A stretch of 24,000 nucleotides of DNA from an uncultured archaeon (GCA_903907555.1 CAIVOO010000090.1:1-24000), one strand, 5' to 3'; counted from the first letter of the stretch, positions 7,074 to 14,982 are shown. The notes: generated by a model from the sequence alone, not told the origin. Numbers and translations: made by a program.

Positions 7074-9023
7074 ATGAAATTAAGACTTGTGCTTATTTTG
7101 CTGCTGCTGCTTCCCATTACTTTGGCTGCAGATGACTGGGTGTATTCTGATTCTGCAACAATATTTGTGAGCCTGTCAGGCTCTTACACCGTTGTTCCGA
7201 AAAGCAGCGATTACAGCTTAAGCTATATTTACATCAACCAGACTTTCTTTCCAAAAAATAATTCAAATCAGAAAGTCCTTGAGTTTCTCACGATTCCTGA
7301 TGCATATCTCTATCCTGATGAGCTTCATTATGCCATCAAAGAAAACTTCAGCGGGGCTTATTCAGTTAATTCGAAAGTTGAAACCAACACTAATCCTGCA
7401 AGGGTAAAAGGCAAAGTCAATTTCCCTCTAACTACAGTTCCTGATGATGCAAAAGAATATCTCAATCCGACAGAGCTTATTGATTCCAGCAATCCGATTA
7501 TTGTTGACTTGGCTTCTACGATAGCAGAAGGCAAGAGCGATGAATTCATAATAGCCAATGACTTGGCAGTTTGGGTTAATAAAAATATAAATTACAATCT
7601 TGGAAGCATGGGGCAGTCTGCTACAAAGAAATCAAGCGATGTCTTAAGAGAAAAGGAAGGAGTCTGCACAGAGCTGACAACATTGTTTATATCATTGGCG
7701 CGTTCGATAGGAATTCCTGCAAGGTTTGTCTCAGGAGTTTCTTATACAAATTCAGAATTATTCAGCGAAAGGTGGGGCGGGCACGCATGGGCAGAGGTTT
7801 ATTTCCCTGATTACGGCTGGGTGGCTTTCGACCCTACTTACGGCGAATACGGATATGTTGATTCAAGCCATGTGGTCTCATTATATTCAACAGATGCAAA
7901 GGATTTGTCGACAGAATTCCAATACAGCGGGAAGAATGTTGAAGTGCAGTTCGGCAAGCTTAAAGTTAATGCAAGGCTTGTCGACAGCGGAGAAATCCCT
8001 CAAGAAATTGAGATTAAGCCGTTCGTTCTTTACAGCAATGTTGGGATAGGCTCATATAATATAGTCGGGGCTGAAATAACAAATTTAGGGGATTATTATG
8101 TTTCAGTACCGCTTCAGATTTCAAAAGTAAAAGAGGCAGAGCTTGTAAGCGATTCAGAAAAAAATATTGTGCTCTCCCCGAAATCAACAGCAAAGGTTTC
8201 CTGGGTAGTCAAGGAAAGCAACTCCTTGGACACAGGATACATCTACACATTCCCTTACACAATAACTACAAAAAATCAGAATGTAGGCACGCAGTTCTCG
8301 TCATCATTCAAAGACAGGGTTTACAGGCTGGATGAGCTGCCATACATAGACACAATATTAGCTCAGGAATCAAACAATCAGATAACTATCAACTGCAGCC
8401 TGGAAAAGCCTCTTGTTTATGATTATGAAATAGCGGATATTTTATGCAACTTGAAAAATTCAGGCAATACAATCCTAAGAAAAGTGTCAGTATGCATGCT
8501 TGAAGAATGCAAATATGTTGATACTATGGGCATCGGACAGGAAAATGATGTAAAATTCAGGCAGAAACTGCAGGCAGGGCTCAATCCTGTAAACGTGAAA
8601 ATAAAAAGCGATAAATATGAAAGCAGCGCACGTGTAGAATTCAATATTCTTGAGACACCGAAATTGCTTATTCAGGATTTATCTTATCCGTCTAATGTGT
8701 CATATAACGAAAAATATAATATCTCAATCGAAATAAAAAAATCATCAAAAAGCACTCCAGAAAACACCAGTGCAACAATATACATAGGCAATACAAGCAA
8801 AAACTGGAATTTCGACACTGTGGAATCTGACAAGCAGCTGTTTGTGATGATGGAAGCGAATGACCTGAAATATGGAAAAAATGATTTCTCAGTAAAGATA
8901 GATTACAGCGATATGAATGGAAAGCAGTACGAGGAAAATGAGCAGTTCTCGATAAATTTCAACAGGCCTGGAGCATGGCAGAGGCTATTGCTGTTTTTTA
9001 GACAGCTTTTTCAAAAGCTTTAA
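7074..9023 (+). CDS. Secreted transglutaminase-like (Cys-His-Asp) protein with C-terminal beta-rich domains
   Basis: Signal peptide MKLRLVLILLLLLPITLAADD. Transglutaminase core EKEGVCTELTTLFISLARSIGIPARFVSG...GGHAWAEVYFPDYGWVAFDPT. About 350 aa of S/T/N-rich probable Ig/CARDB-like repeats, then a short hydrophobic C-terminus. Confidence 0.8.
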   Translation: MKLRLVLILLLLLPITLAADDWVYSDSATIFVSLSGSYTVVPKSSDYSLSYIYINQTFFPKNNSNQKVLEFLTIPDAYLYPDELHYAIKENFSGAYSVNSKVETNTNPARVKGKVNFPLTTVPDDAKEYLNPTELIDSSNPIIVDLASTIAEGKSDEFIIANDLAVWVNKNINYNLGSMGQSATKKSSDVLREKEGVCTELTTLFISLARSIGIPARFVSGVSYTNSELFSERWGGHAWAEVYFPDYGWVAFDPTYGEYGYVDSSHVVSLYSTDAKDLSTEFQYSGKNVEVQFGKLKVNARLVDSGEIPQEIEIKPFVLYSNVGIGSYNIVGAEITNLGDYYVSVPLQISKVKEAELVSDSEKNIVLSPKSTAKVSWVVKESNSLDTGYIYTFPYTITTKNQNVGTQFSSSFKDRVYRLDELPYIDTILAQESNNQITINCSLEKPLVYDYEIADILCNLKNSGNTILRKVSVCMLEECKYVDTMGIGQENDVKFRQKLQAGLNPVNVKIKSDKYESSARVEFNILETPKLLIQDLSYPSNVSYNEKYNISIEIKKSSKSTPENTSATIYIGNTSKNWNFDTVESDKQLFVMMEANDLKYGKNDFSVKIDYSDMNGKQYEENEQFSINFNRPGAWQRLLLFFRQLFQKL

Positions 9024-9048
9024 ATATACTGATTTATAAATAAACTTT

Positions 9049-9717
9049 ATGGTTGCAAGTAAAAAGAGGGTTAGCCTTCAGGCTATGGATTCAAAGCTTG
9101 ATAAAATTCTGAAAAAACAGACTTTAATGCTCAAAGAGGAAGATGAAGTCCTGGAAGAAGACAAAGAGCTCGAAAAAGAAGAGGAGTTAGTAGAAAAGCA
9201 GGAAAAAAAGATAGAGCAGCTCGAAAAGAAAAGCATTCATGAAGAAGGCAAGATGGAGAACGAGCTCGCATCTCTTGAGCATCTTGAAAAGGAAATTGAG
9301 AAAGAAGTTGAGCCTCATCCGCTAAGAAAGATAACCTATAAAGATATGATTAAGGGAAGCATAGGAGCATTTTTCGGAGTGGCCACGCATTATTCATTCT
9401 TATACGGAATTGAGGTTGCCAATGAGCTTGACATGGTCAGGGCAACAATACTTTACCCGCTTTCATTTATCATTGGAGGAATATTCCTTTATGCAACAGG
9501 ATTCAGGAAAATAAAGGACAGGAGAATACTCGCGTTCCTGCCAGTAAGATTGATTGTATTATATCTTGTGGCAATAGCAACATCAATTGCAGTTCTGTTC
9601 TTGTTCTATCCGAACATCATGGAAGAGTCAATTCTTATGGCGTACAAGCAGGTTGCAGCAGTGACTGTGACAGCCATCGTCGGAGCCTGCACAGCAGACA
9701 TGATAGGAAGGGAGTAA
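9049..9717 (+). CDS. Membrane protein with a charged coiled-coil N-terminus
   Basis: About 90 aa of E/K-rich heptads, then four hydrophobic segments (GSIGAFFGVATHY..., ILYPLSFIIGGIFLYATG, ...). Confidence 0.55.
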   Translation: MVASKKRVSLQAMDSKLDKILKKQTLMLKEEDEVLEEDKELEKEEELVEKQEKKIEQLEKKSIHEEGKMENELASLEHLEKEIEKEVEPHPLRKITYKDMIKGSIGAFFGVATHYSFLYGIEVANELDMVRATILYPLSFIIGGIFLYATGFRKIKDRRILAFLPVRLIVLYLVAIATSIAVLFLFYPNIMEESILMAYKQVAAVTVTAIVGACTADMIGRE

Positions 9718-9718
9718 G

Positions 9719-10120
9719 ATGGAAAGATTAATTATTTTTGAGAAACAAAAAATACACCTTTTCGATACATATAGCAATCCAGACCAGAAAATATGGTTTG
9801 CGCTTGTAAACAATGACGAAAATGAGATGGAAAGGCAGCTACCTCTGATAGTCAGGTTTGCAAAGGCTATGATAGCAATCATATCAGTGCAAAAAAAAGA
9901 GACAAGAAGCATGAAAGACATTAAAAAAAGAGTTAGCCTGTATGAGTACTTGGGAAAACAGGAAGGCATTTTCAATCTCATAGTAGAGTATGCCGAAGCA
10001 AAGAATGACATAAAAGAAAAGGTAGAAAAGATAAGTGAGCTGTTCACAAAACTGGGAACATTGCTGAAGAACAATCTAATTCTTGAATATGAACATTCAA
10101 TAATAGAAGAGGCAGCATAA
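9719..10120 (+). CDS. Hypothetical protein (133 aa)
   Basis: Starts 1 nt after the previous stop, so probably co-transcribed. No recognisable motif. Confidence 0.5.
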   Translation: MERLIIFEKQKIHLFDTYSNPDQKIWFALVNNDENEMERQLPLIVRFAKAMIAIISVQKKETRSMKDIKKRVSLYEYLGKQEGIFNLIVEYAEAKNDIKEKVEKISELFTKLGTLLKNNLILEYEHSIIEEAA

Positions 10121-10165
10121 GCTTTATAAAGCGGAAAGCTTGCGTCATTCTCAGAGGTGAAGTAG

Positions 10166-11446
10166 ATGCTTGACATCAAGTTTGTCAGGGAAAATATTGG
10201 CGTTGTAAAGAAGAATCTTGAGAAAAGAAGAGATCCTGCCATAATAAAACTTCTTGAAGATGTTCTTAAGAAAGACGAGCATTGGAGAAAGCTCAAAATA
10301 AAGGTCGATTCACTTAAGCAGAAGAGAAATGAAATATCATTAGAGATTTCTAAATTAAAGAAAGAAAAGAAGGATGCTTCTGCGAAAATAAAGGAAGCTG
10401 CTGATATTCCTAAAGAAATTGCACAAATAGAATTTGAGATGGGCGAGCTGGAGAAGCAGATAAGGGACGGGCTTATGAGAACCCCTAATATGCTTCACGA
10501 TTCAGTTCCTTACGGAAAGGATGACACTGAAAATGTTGAGATTACAACTTTCGGAAAGAAGCCAAAGTTTGATTTTGAGCCAAAATCGCACGTTGACCTT
10601 GTAGAACTGCATGACTGGGTTGATTTGACAAGAGCAGCCAAGATATCTGGAGCAAGATGGTACTTCCTGAAAGGAGAGCTTGCCTTGCTTGAGATGGCGA
10701 TAGTCAAATACGCTGTTGATTTCATGTCTAAGAGAGGCTACACTCTTGTAGTGCCTCCTTTCATGATGAACAGGAAAGCGTATGAAGGCGTAACTTCAAT
10801 GGCAGATTTTGAAGATGTTCTTTACAAGATAGAAGGCGAAGACTTGTATGCAATAGCAACATCAGAGCATCCTAATACTGCAATGTACATGGATGAAGTC
10901 TTCGACGAGAAACAGCTCCCAATAAAAATGATTGGCTACAGCACTAATTTCAGGAAAGAGGCAGGAGCTCACGGGAAGGACATGAAAGGCATATTCAGGG
11001 TGCATCAGTTCAACAAGGTTGAGCAGCTGATAATCTGCAAGCCTGAAGATTCATGGAAGTTCCATGAAGAATTATTGCAGAACGGCAAAGATTTTTTTGA
11101 GTCGCTCGGGATATCGTGCCATGTCATCAATATCTGCACAGGCGACATAGGCATTGTTGCTGCAAAGAAATATGACATCGAAGCATGGATGCCTGTCCAG
11201 AACACTTACAGGGAAGTTGTCTCCTGCTCGAACTGCACATCATACCAGGCAGTCAGGCTTAACATGAGGTATCAGAAAGGAGAAAAGAGGGAGCATGTTC
11301 ATACATTAAACAGCACATGCGTAGCAACGTCAAGGGCGCTAGTTGCGATAATGGAGAATTTCCAGCAGAAAGATGGAAGCGTGAAAGTGCCTGATGTATT
11401 GGTTCCTTATATGAATGGAGTCAAAGTTATAAGAAAAAAGAGGTGA
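10166..11446 (+). CDS. serS: Seryl-tRNA synthetase
   Basis: N-terminal coiled-coil arm (MLDIKFVRENIGVVKKNLEKRR...). Class II core: FRKEAGAHGKDMKGIFRVHQFNKVE (motif 2) and TLNSTCVATSRALVAIMENFQ (motif 3 region). GAGGTG SD upstream. Confidence 0.95.
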   Translation: MLDIKFVRENIGVVKKNLEKRRDPAIIKLLEDVLKKDEHWRKLKIKVDSLKQKRNEISLEISKLKKEKKDASAKIKEAADIPKEIAQIEFEMGELEKQIRDGLMRTPNMLHDSVPYGKDDTENVEITTFGKKPKFDFEPKSHVDLVELHDWVDLTRAAKISGARWYFLKGELALLEMAIVKYAVDFMSKRGYTLVVPPFMMNRKAYEGVTSMADFEDVLYKIEGEDLYAIATSEHPNTAMYMDEVFDEKQLPIKMIGYSTNFRKEAGAHGKDMKGIFRVHQFNKVEQLIICKPEDSWKFHEELLQNGKDFFESLGISCHVINICTGDIGIVAAKKYDIEAWMPVQNTYREVVSCSNCTSYQAVRLNMRYQKGEKREHVHTLNSTCVATSRALVAIMENFQQKDGSVKVPDVLVPYMNGVKVIRKKR

Positions 11447-11449
11447 ATT

Positions 11450-11887
11450 ATGCCTAAGAAAAAAAGAGCGCCAGTAGAAACTGAAGAAACATCATCAGAA
11501 AAGGATGATTTCGAAGACGATCCTGAAGAGCATGCAGAGGACGAGGATGAATTTGTAACAAAGATGCGAACAGGAAAGAAGGAAGAGGACGTCTACACAG
11601 AAGAAGGCAGGGAAGAGCTTGTTGATGATGACGAGATTGAGCCCTGGGAAGAGGGATATGTTGAAGGCGTGAAGGGAAACGAGACATTATTATGCAGGCA
11701 ATGCAAGAAAGTGATACAGGATTACCCTATTGAAAGAAAACTCGGGCACAACATATGCTGGTTCTGCTCAGACGAATGCGCAGACAAGTATGAAAGGAAG
11801 AAAGCCAAGATGCAGAGCGAGATAAAAGAGAAGGCTGTAAAGCTCGCAGGCAAGGTTTCCCCAGCGAAGAAAAAAGCAAAGAAATAA
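11450..11887 (+). CDS. Acidic protein with a TRASH/L24e-like zinc finger
   Basis: CRQCKKVIQDYPIERKLGHNICWFCSDECADKY is CxxC-x17-CxxC-x3-C, resembling the TRASH / ribosomal L24e zinc ribbon. N-terminus is D/E-rich, C-terminus K-rich. Starts 3 nt after the serS stop. Confidence 0.6.
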   Translation: MPKKKRAPVETEETSSEKDDFEDDPEEHAEDEDEFVTKMRTGKKEEDVYTEEGREELVDDDEIEPWEEGYVEGVKGNETLLCRQCKKVIQDYPIERKLGHNICWFCSDECADKYERKKAKMQSEIKEKAVKLAGKVSPAKKKAKK

Positions 11888-11924
11888 ATATCCGTGAAGC
11901 ACTAATGATATAGAGGTGAATAAG

Positions 11925-12092
11925 ATGGCAATGTTTCAGTGCAGAAAATGCAAATATTCGTTTAACCCGCGAAGCGGCAACACAGTCTTGCCAAGGCGAT
12001 GCCCATACTGCTCAGCAGAAGGCGCAGTGATGAGGATGGCGAAGGCAGACGATCTTATAAGGAATGTTGATGATATGCTGGAATTAGGATAA
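11925..12092 (+). CDS. Small zinc-ribbon protein (55 aa, below the ORF-track cutoff)
   Basis: MAMFQCRKCKYSFNPRSGNTVLPRRCPYCSAEGAVMRMAKADDLIRNVDDMLELG has CxxC...CxxC. GAGGTGA SD 5 nt upstream of the ATG. Confidence 0.5.
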   Translation: MAMFQCRKCKYSFNPRSGNTVLPRRCPYCSAEGAVMRMAKADDLIRNVDDMLELG

Positions 12093-12127
12093 ATATTTTA
12101 TTATTATCTAGTGACGATAAAAGAAAG

Positions 12128-12136
12128 TTTTATATA
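12128..12136 (+). promoter_or_regulatory. TATA box (ttttatata) for a leaderless transcript starting at about 12158-12160
   Basis: Centre is about 27 nt upstream of ATG 12160. No other correctly spaced TATA precedes tRNA-His. Confidence 0.4.
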
Positions 12137-12159
12137 CAAGTTATAACATACTAATTCAA

Positions 12160-12216
12160 ATGAGAAACATAACCGAGGACAAAAGCATGGCAAGTGCTGG
12201 TTTAGTTCATTACTAG
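12160..12216 (+). CDS. Micro-ORF A, 18 aa (MRNITEDKSMASAGLVHY)
   Basis: Leaderless-type ATG. Paralogous to micro-ORF B, sharing the exact 14-mer gctggtttagttca (12196-12209 vs 12439-12452). Translation is unproven. Confidence 0.3.
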   Translation: MRNITEDKSMASAGLVHY

Positions 12217-12296
12217 TTCTGATTTAGGTAGTTATTACTTTCAAAAATTAAAAAGTGGTTGTATTCATCGCTAGAGATTTCTATATCAAATTTTAT

Positions 12297-12368
12297 GGCG
12301 GCAGTAGTGTAATGGCAGCATATAAGCCTGTGGAGCTTAAGGACCGAGTTCAATTCCCGGCTGCCGCC
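12297..12368 (+). tRNA. tRNA-His(GTG) with encoded G-1
   Basis: G(-1)-GCGGCAG-TA-GTGT-AATGGCA-GCAT-A-TAAGC-CTGTGGA-GCTTA-AGGA-CCGAG-TTCAATT-CCCGG-CTGCCGC-C. G-1:C73 and a 4-nt variable loop are tRNA-His hallmarks. One A:C mismatch in the T stem. Confidence 0.85.
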
Positions 12369-12402
12369 CTAAACTTTAGAAAAAAGACAGGAGGAACAAA
12401 AA

Positions 12403-12462
12403 ATGAAAAGCGAAATTGAGGATAAAGCGCAGAAAAGCGCTGGTTTAGTTCACAAACCTTGA
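12403..12462 (+). CDS. Micro-ORF B, 19 aa (MKSEIEDKAQKSAGLVHKP), or the N-terminus of the HisRS-like protein via a +1 shift
   Basis: AGGAGG lies 9 nt upstream of the ATG. The ORF stops at TGA 12460-12462, exactly where HisRS homology begins in the +1 frame. Confidence 0.35.
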   Translation: MKSEIEDKAQKSAGLVHKP

Positions 12463-12568
12463 ACCTTTCAAGGGGTTTGAAGACAAGACTGGCGACAATT
12501 TATGGATAAGAAAGTATGTAGAAAGAAAATGTGCAGAAATTCTGGAAAAAGAAGGCTATGCAGAATAT

Positions 12569-13558
12569 GTGCCGCCAACAATAGAGAGGGGTTCTACATA
12601 TGCGGATATTGTTGGGAATGACCCGACGCCTTGGACAGATGACATTGAGGCAAAAGAGACAAAATGGGAAAAGACTTATGAAAGAGAATTTTTTCCGATA
12701 AGCATAAAAGATTTTGTTAAAGAGACTGGAATAACTGAATGCAAAGGCCTCTTGCTTCCTGAAGGAACAGCTTCTTTCGCAAGGTACGCTGCAAAATGCA
12801 TAGCACAGCAGGCAGAAATTCCTGAAAAGATTTTCTATATTATGGACTGTTTCAGGAATGAGGATGTCACAAAACTGACTTCGGAAAAGAGGAGAGCTTT
12901 CGGGCAGATAGGCGTAGAATACCTTTCTGGGAAACAAGAATCGGATGCAGAAGTTGCTGCCATAGCCTGCAAGATTGTGAATGAACTTGGCGTGGATAAA
13001 AAGTTCATAACAGCCAGAGTGAGCAATGTAGAAATTTTCAGGGGGCTCTGCAAAGAAACAGGAATGGACAATGATGAAAAGGTCAGAATGAAAACTCTCA
13101 TTGATCGCTTCTCGAAGTTAAGGCTGCAGGACCCTTATGACAGCGAGCTTCAGGGAATCAGAGAAATGGTCTGGAAAATTTCTGGAAGATACAGAGCGAA
13201 CTGGAACAAGCTTCTTGAAAAAGATACGAAAGCCTCGGACTTTGCAGGGATGCAGCTTGAGCAAATGATTGAAAATATTGAAAGGACTGGTTTCAAAGCT
13301 GTTTTCGATGCTTCGATGATCAGGGGTTGGGAATATTACACAGGACCAATCTTCCAGATAGATGCTGGCGATTTTCTGGAAATAGCTGGCGGTGGAAGAT
13401 ATGACAGGATGGTAAACCAGTTCCTGAAAAAGTATGGCATAGAAAGGGAGCTTCCTGCCACAGGGTTCGCATTCGGAACTGAAAGGCTTGTCAATGTTGT
13501 AAAGAGATATGCAACAATTCCGAACGAATATACTGTAGCTTTCAGGAGGAAGAAATGA
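12569..13558 (+). CDS. HisRS-like class II catalytic core without an anticodon-binding domain (HisZ-like paralog); 5' end unresolved
   Basis: Motif 2: CFRNEDVTKLTSEKRRAFGQIGVEY. His boxes: RGWEYYTG and GGGRYD. GFAFGTERL near the C-terminus. The same frame is open from 12449 and encodes the expected N-terminal region (LEPFKGFEDKTGDNLWIRKYVERKCAEILEKEGYAEYVPPTIE), yet has no ATG/GTG/TTG before GTG 12569. Confidence 0.75.
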   Translation: MPPTIERGSTYADIVGNDPTPWTDDIEAKETKWEKTYEREFFPISIKDFVKETGITECKGLLLPEGTASFARYAAKCIAQQAEIPEKIFYIMDCFRNEDVTKLTSEKRRAFGQIGVEYLSGKQESDAEVAAIACKIVNELGVDKKFITARVSNVEIFRGLCKETGMDNDEKVRMKTLIDRFSKLRLQDPYDSELQGIREMVWKISGRYRANWNKLLEKDTKASDFAGMQLEQMIENIERTGFKAVFDASMIRGWEYYTGPIFQIDAGDFLEIAGGGRYDRMVNQFLKKYGIERELPATGFAFGTERLVNVVKRYATIPNEYTVAFRRKK

Positions 13559-14202
13559 AGGACGCCATTATTATCGGAATTGGGGCCGTAGAGCAGCACG
13601 GCCCTGCTTCTATTTTTACGGATTTTGTAATCGTTGACACAATAGCTAAAGCAATAAGCGAAAAAACAGGAGCAGTTTATATTCCGGCAATTCCTTATGG
13701 GTACTCTGAAATTTTTATGGACTACAAAGGAACATTCAGCTTGGAACCGGAAACAATAATAGCAGTTTTTACAGATTTGCTGCGTTCTGCAAAAAGACAG
13801 GGATTCAAGAAAGTGATAATATTGTCATCGCACGACCCAAATCTTCCAATACTGAAAACTGCATGCTACAGAGCAAGAAATTTAGGAATTCAGATACTGC
13901 TGTTTGACATTTGGGATTTTCCGGGGATAAAAAAAGTTGTTGAATCTGAATGCTGGCACGCTTGTGAAGATGAGATATCTGTAATGGAATATCTTGGATA
14001 TAAAAGCAGCAATAATGTAAAGGAATTCCCTGAGGAAATGAGAATGAACTACATAAAATTCCCTTTAGAAAAAAACAGAAGATCTGAGAGCGGGGTTTAT
14101 GGAGACTTGACAAAGGTTAGCGCAAAGAAAGGTGAGAAAATATTTGAAATAATAACAGAATCATTAATGAAAATAATTAAACAAGAGTGGTTTACTGTAT
14201 AA
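13555..14202 (+). CDS. Creatininase/MftE/ArfB-family amidohydrolase
   Basis: IGAVEQHGP..TDFVIVDTIA...IPAIPYGYSE...KGTFSLEPET...VIILSSHDPN follows the creatininase-family pattern (GS.EQHG, D, PyG.S, GT.sl, nGHGGN-like). ATGA overlap with the HisRS-like stop. Confidence 0.7.
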   Translation: MKDAIIIGIGAVEQHGPASIFTDFVIVDTIAKAISEKTGAVYIPAIPYGYSEIFMDYKGTFSLEPETIIAVFTDLLRSAKRQGFKKVIILSSHDPNLPILKTACYRARNLGIQILLFDIWDFPGIKKVVESECWHACEDEISVMEYLGYKSSNNVKEFPEEMRMNYIKFPLEKNRRSESGVYGDLTKVSAKKGEKIFEIITESLMKIIKQEWFTV

Positions 14203-14581
14203 CCATCGAGAATCTTTTAGAGGCGTTCAGCTTGTCCAGATAGCCCTCGGCCTGCCTGTACTGCCTCATTCCCTTTATCCTGTCGTTTGCCCTCTCAAGG
14301 AATGCCTTCATTCTCTTGACAAGCTCTTCTTCCTCCAAATCGAATTTCACGAACAGGAAATCCCCGTCCTCCTGGGCTTTTGAAGCATTTTCTTTCTTTA
14401 CACTGTCCCTTATTTCCAAAAGAAGGCTGTATGCTAGGTCTTCACAGTTATCCAGCTTCATGACTTTTGAGATGACTTTTTCGCTTCCGTCATTGTAATG
14501 GATGTTTATCATTCCCAGATATTTTTTCTGGTCAAAGTCTGTCATTTCCATCTTGGTAACTTTTATGTTAATGCTTATCAT
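14192..14581 (-). CDS. Hypothetical protein (129 aa)
   Basis: ATGA overlap with the upstream wHTH gene. No recognisable motif. Confidence 0.5.
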   Translation of the reverse strand: MISINIKVTKMEMTDFDQKKYLGMINIHYNDGSEKVISKVMKLDNCEDLAYSLLLEIRDSVKKENASKAQEDGDFLFVKFDLEEEELVKRMKAFLERANDRIKGMRQYRQAEGYLDKLNASKRFSMVIQ

Positions 14582-14982
14582 GTTAGCCTCTCGTCAATAT
14601 CTTTTGCTATTTCCCTTAAATCAGTACAGGCCTCTTTTATATCTCTTTCTATTTCGTCAATAAGTTCTGACAGGTTTGAAACCCTTAAAAGATAGCCTTT
14701 CTGAGTCGGGACAACGATTCCTGCTTCCATGAGCTTGTTCAGGTGATGCACTACAGTGCCTCTTGTAAGCCCCAGCTTATACGCCAGCCCGTCGCTGCTT
14801 ATGGGAGTTTTGTTCTTTGCCGCCTTCAGAAGCTCTATGAAAAGCCTGAACTGGGATTTGTCCTTGTCCCTGAGATTGAACAGCCCTAAAGCATTGCCGA
14901 ACCACTGCAGTTCAGAATTCATGTCTGGCTTTGCAGGCTTGCGTATCCTTACTATAGTTATTCGCTGTTCGCGTATAATCAT
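14578..14982 (-). CDS. ArsR-like winged-helix transcription regulator with a coiled-coil tail
   Basis: ISSDGLAYKLGLTRGTVVHHLNKLMEAGIV matches the ArsR/SmtB recognition helix (..stvShHLk.L..aGlv). TATA (tttatatata, 15001-15010) is about 25 nt upstream of the ATG. Confidence 0.65.
   Translation of the reverse strand: MIIREQRITIVRIRKPAKPDMNSELQWFGNALGLFNLRDKDKSQFRLFIELLKAAKNKTPISSDGLAYKLGLTRGTVVHHLNKLMEAGIVVPTQKGYLLRVSNLSELIDEIERDIKEACTDLREIAKDIDERLT

Noticed and set aside
7726-8049. 107-aa alternative-frame ORF inside the transglutaminase gene
   Set aside because: It is on the same strand but out of frame with a gene carrying an intact catalytic core across this exact region.
9628-10296. 222-aa minus-strand ORF
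   Set aside because: It is antisense to three well-supported plus-strand genes (9049-9717, 9719-10120, serS start). Its low-complexity S/F/L-rich translation is typical of the reverse frame of K/E-rich coding sequence.
12459-12462. TTGA stop/start overlap as a reinitiation start for the HisRS-like gene
   Set aside because: TTG 12459 is in the third frame, not the HisRS frame. It runs into TAA after 16 codons.
12500-12937. 145-aa minus-strand ORF
   Set aside because: It is antisense to the HisRS-like gene and has a Cys/Phe-rich nonsense-like composition.
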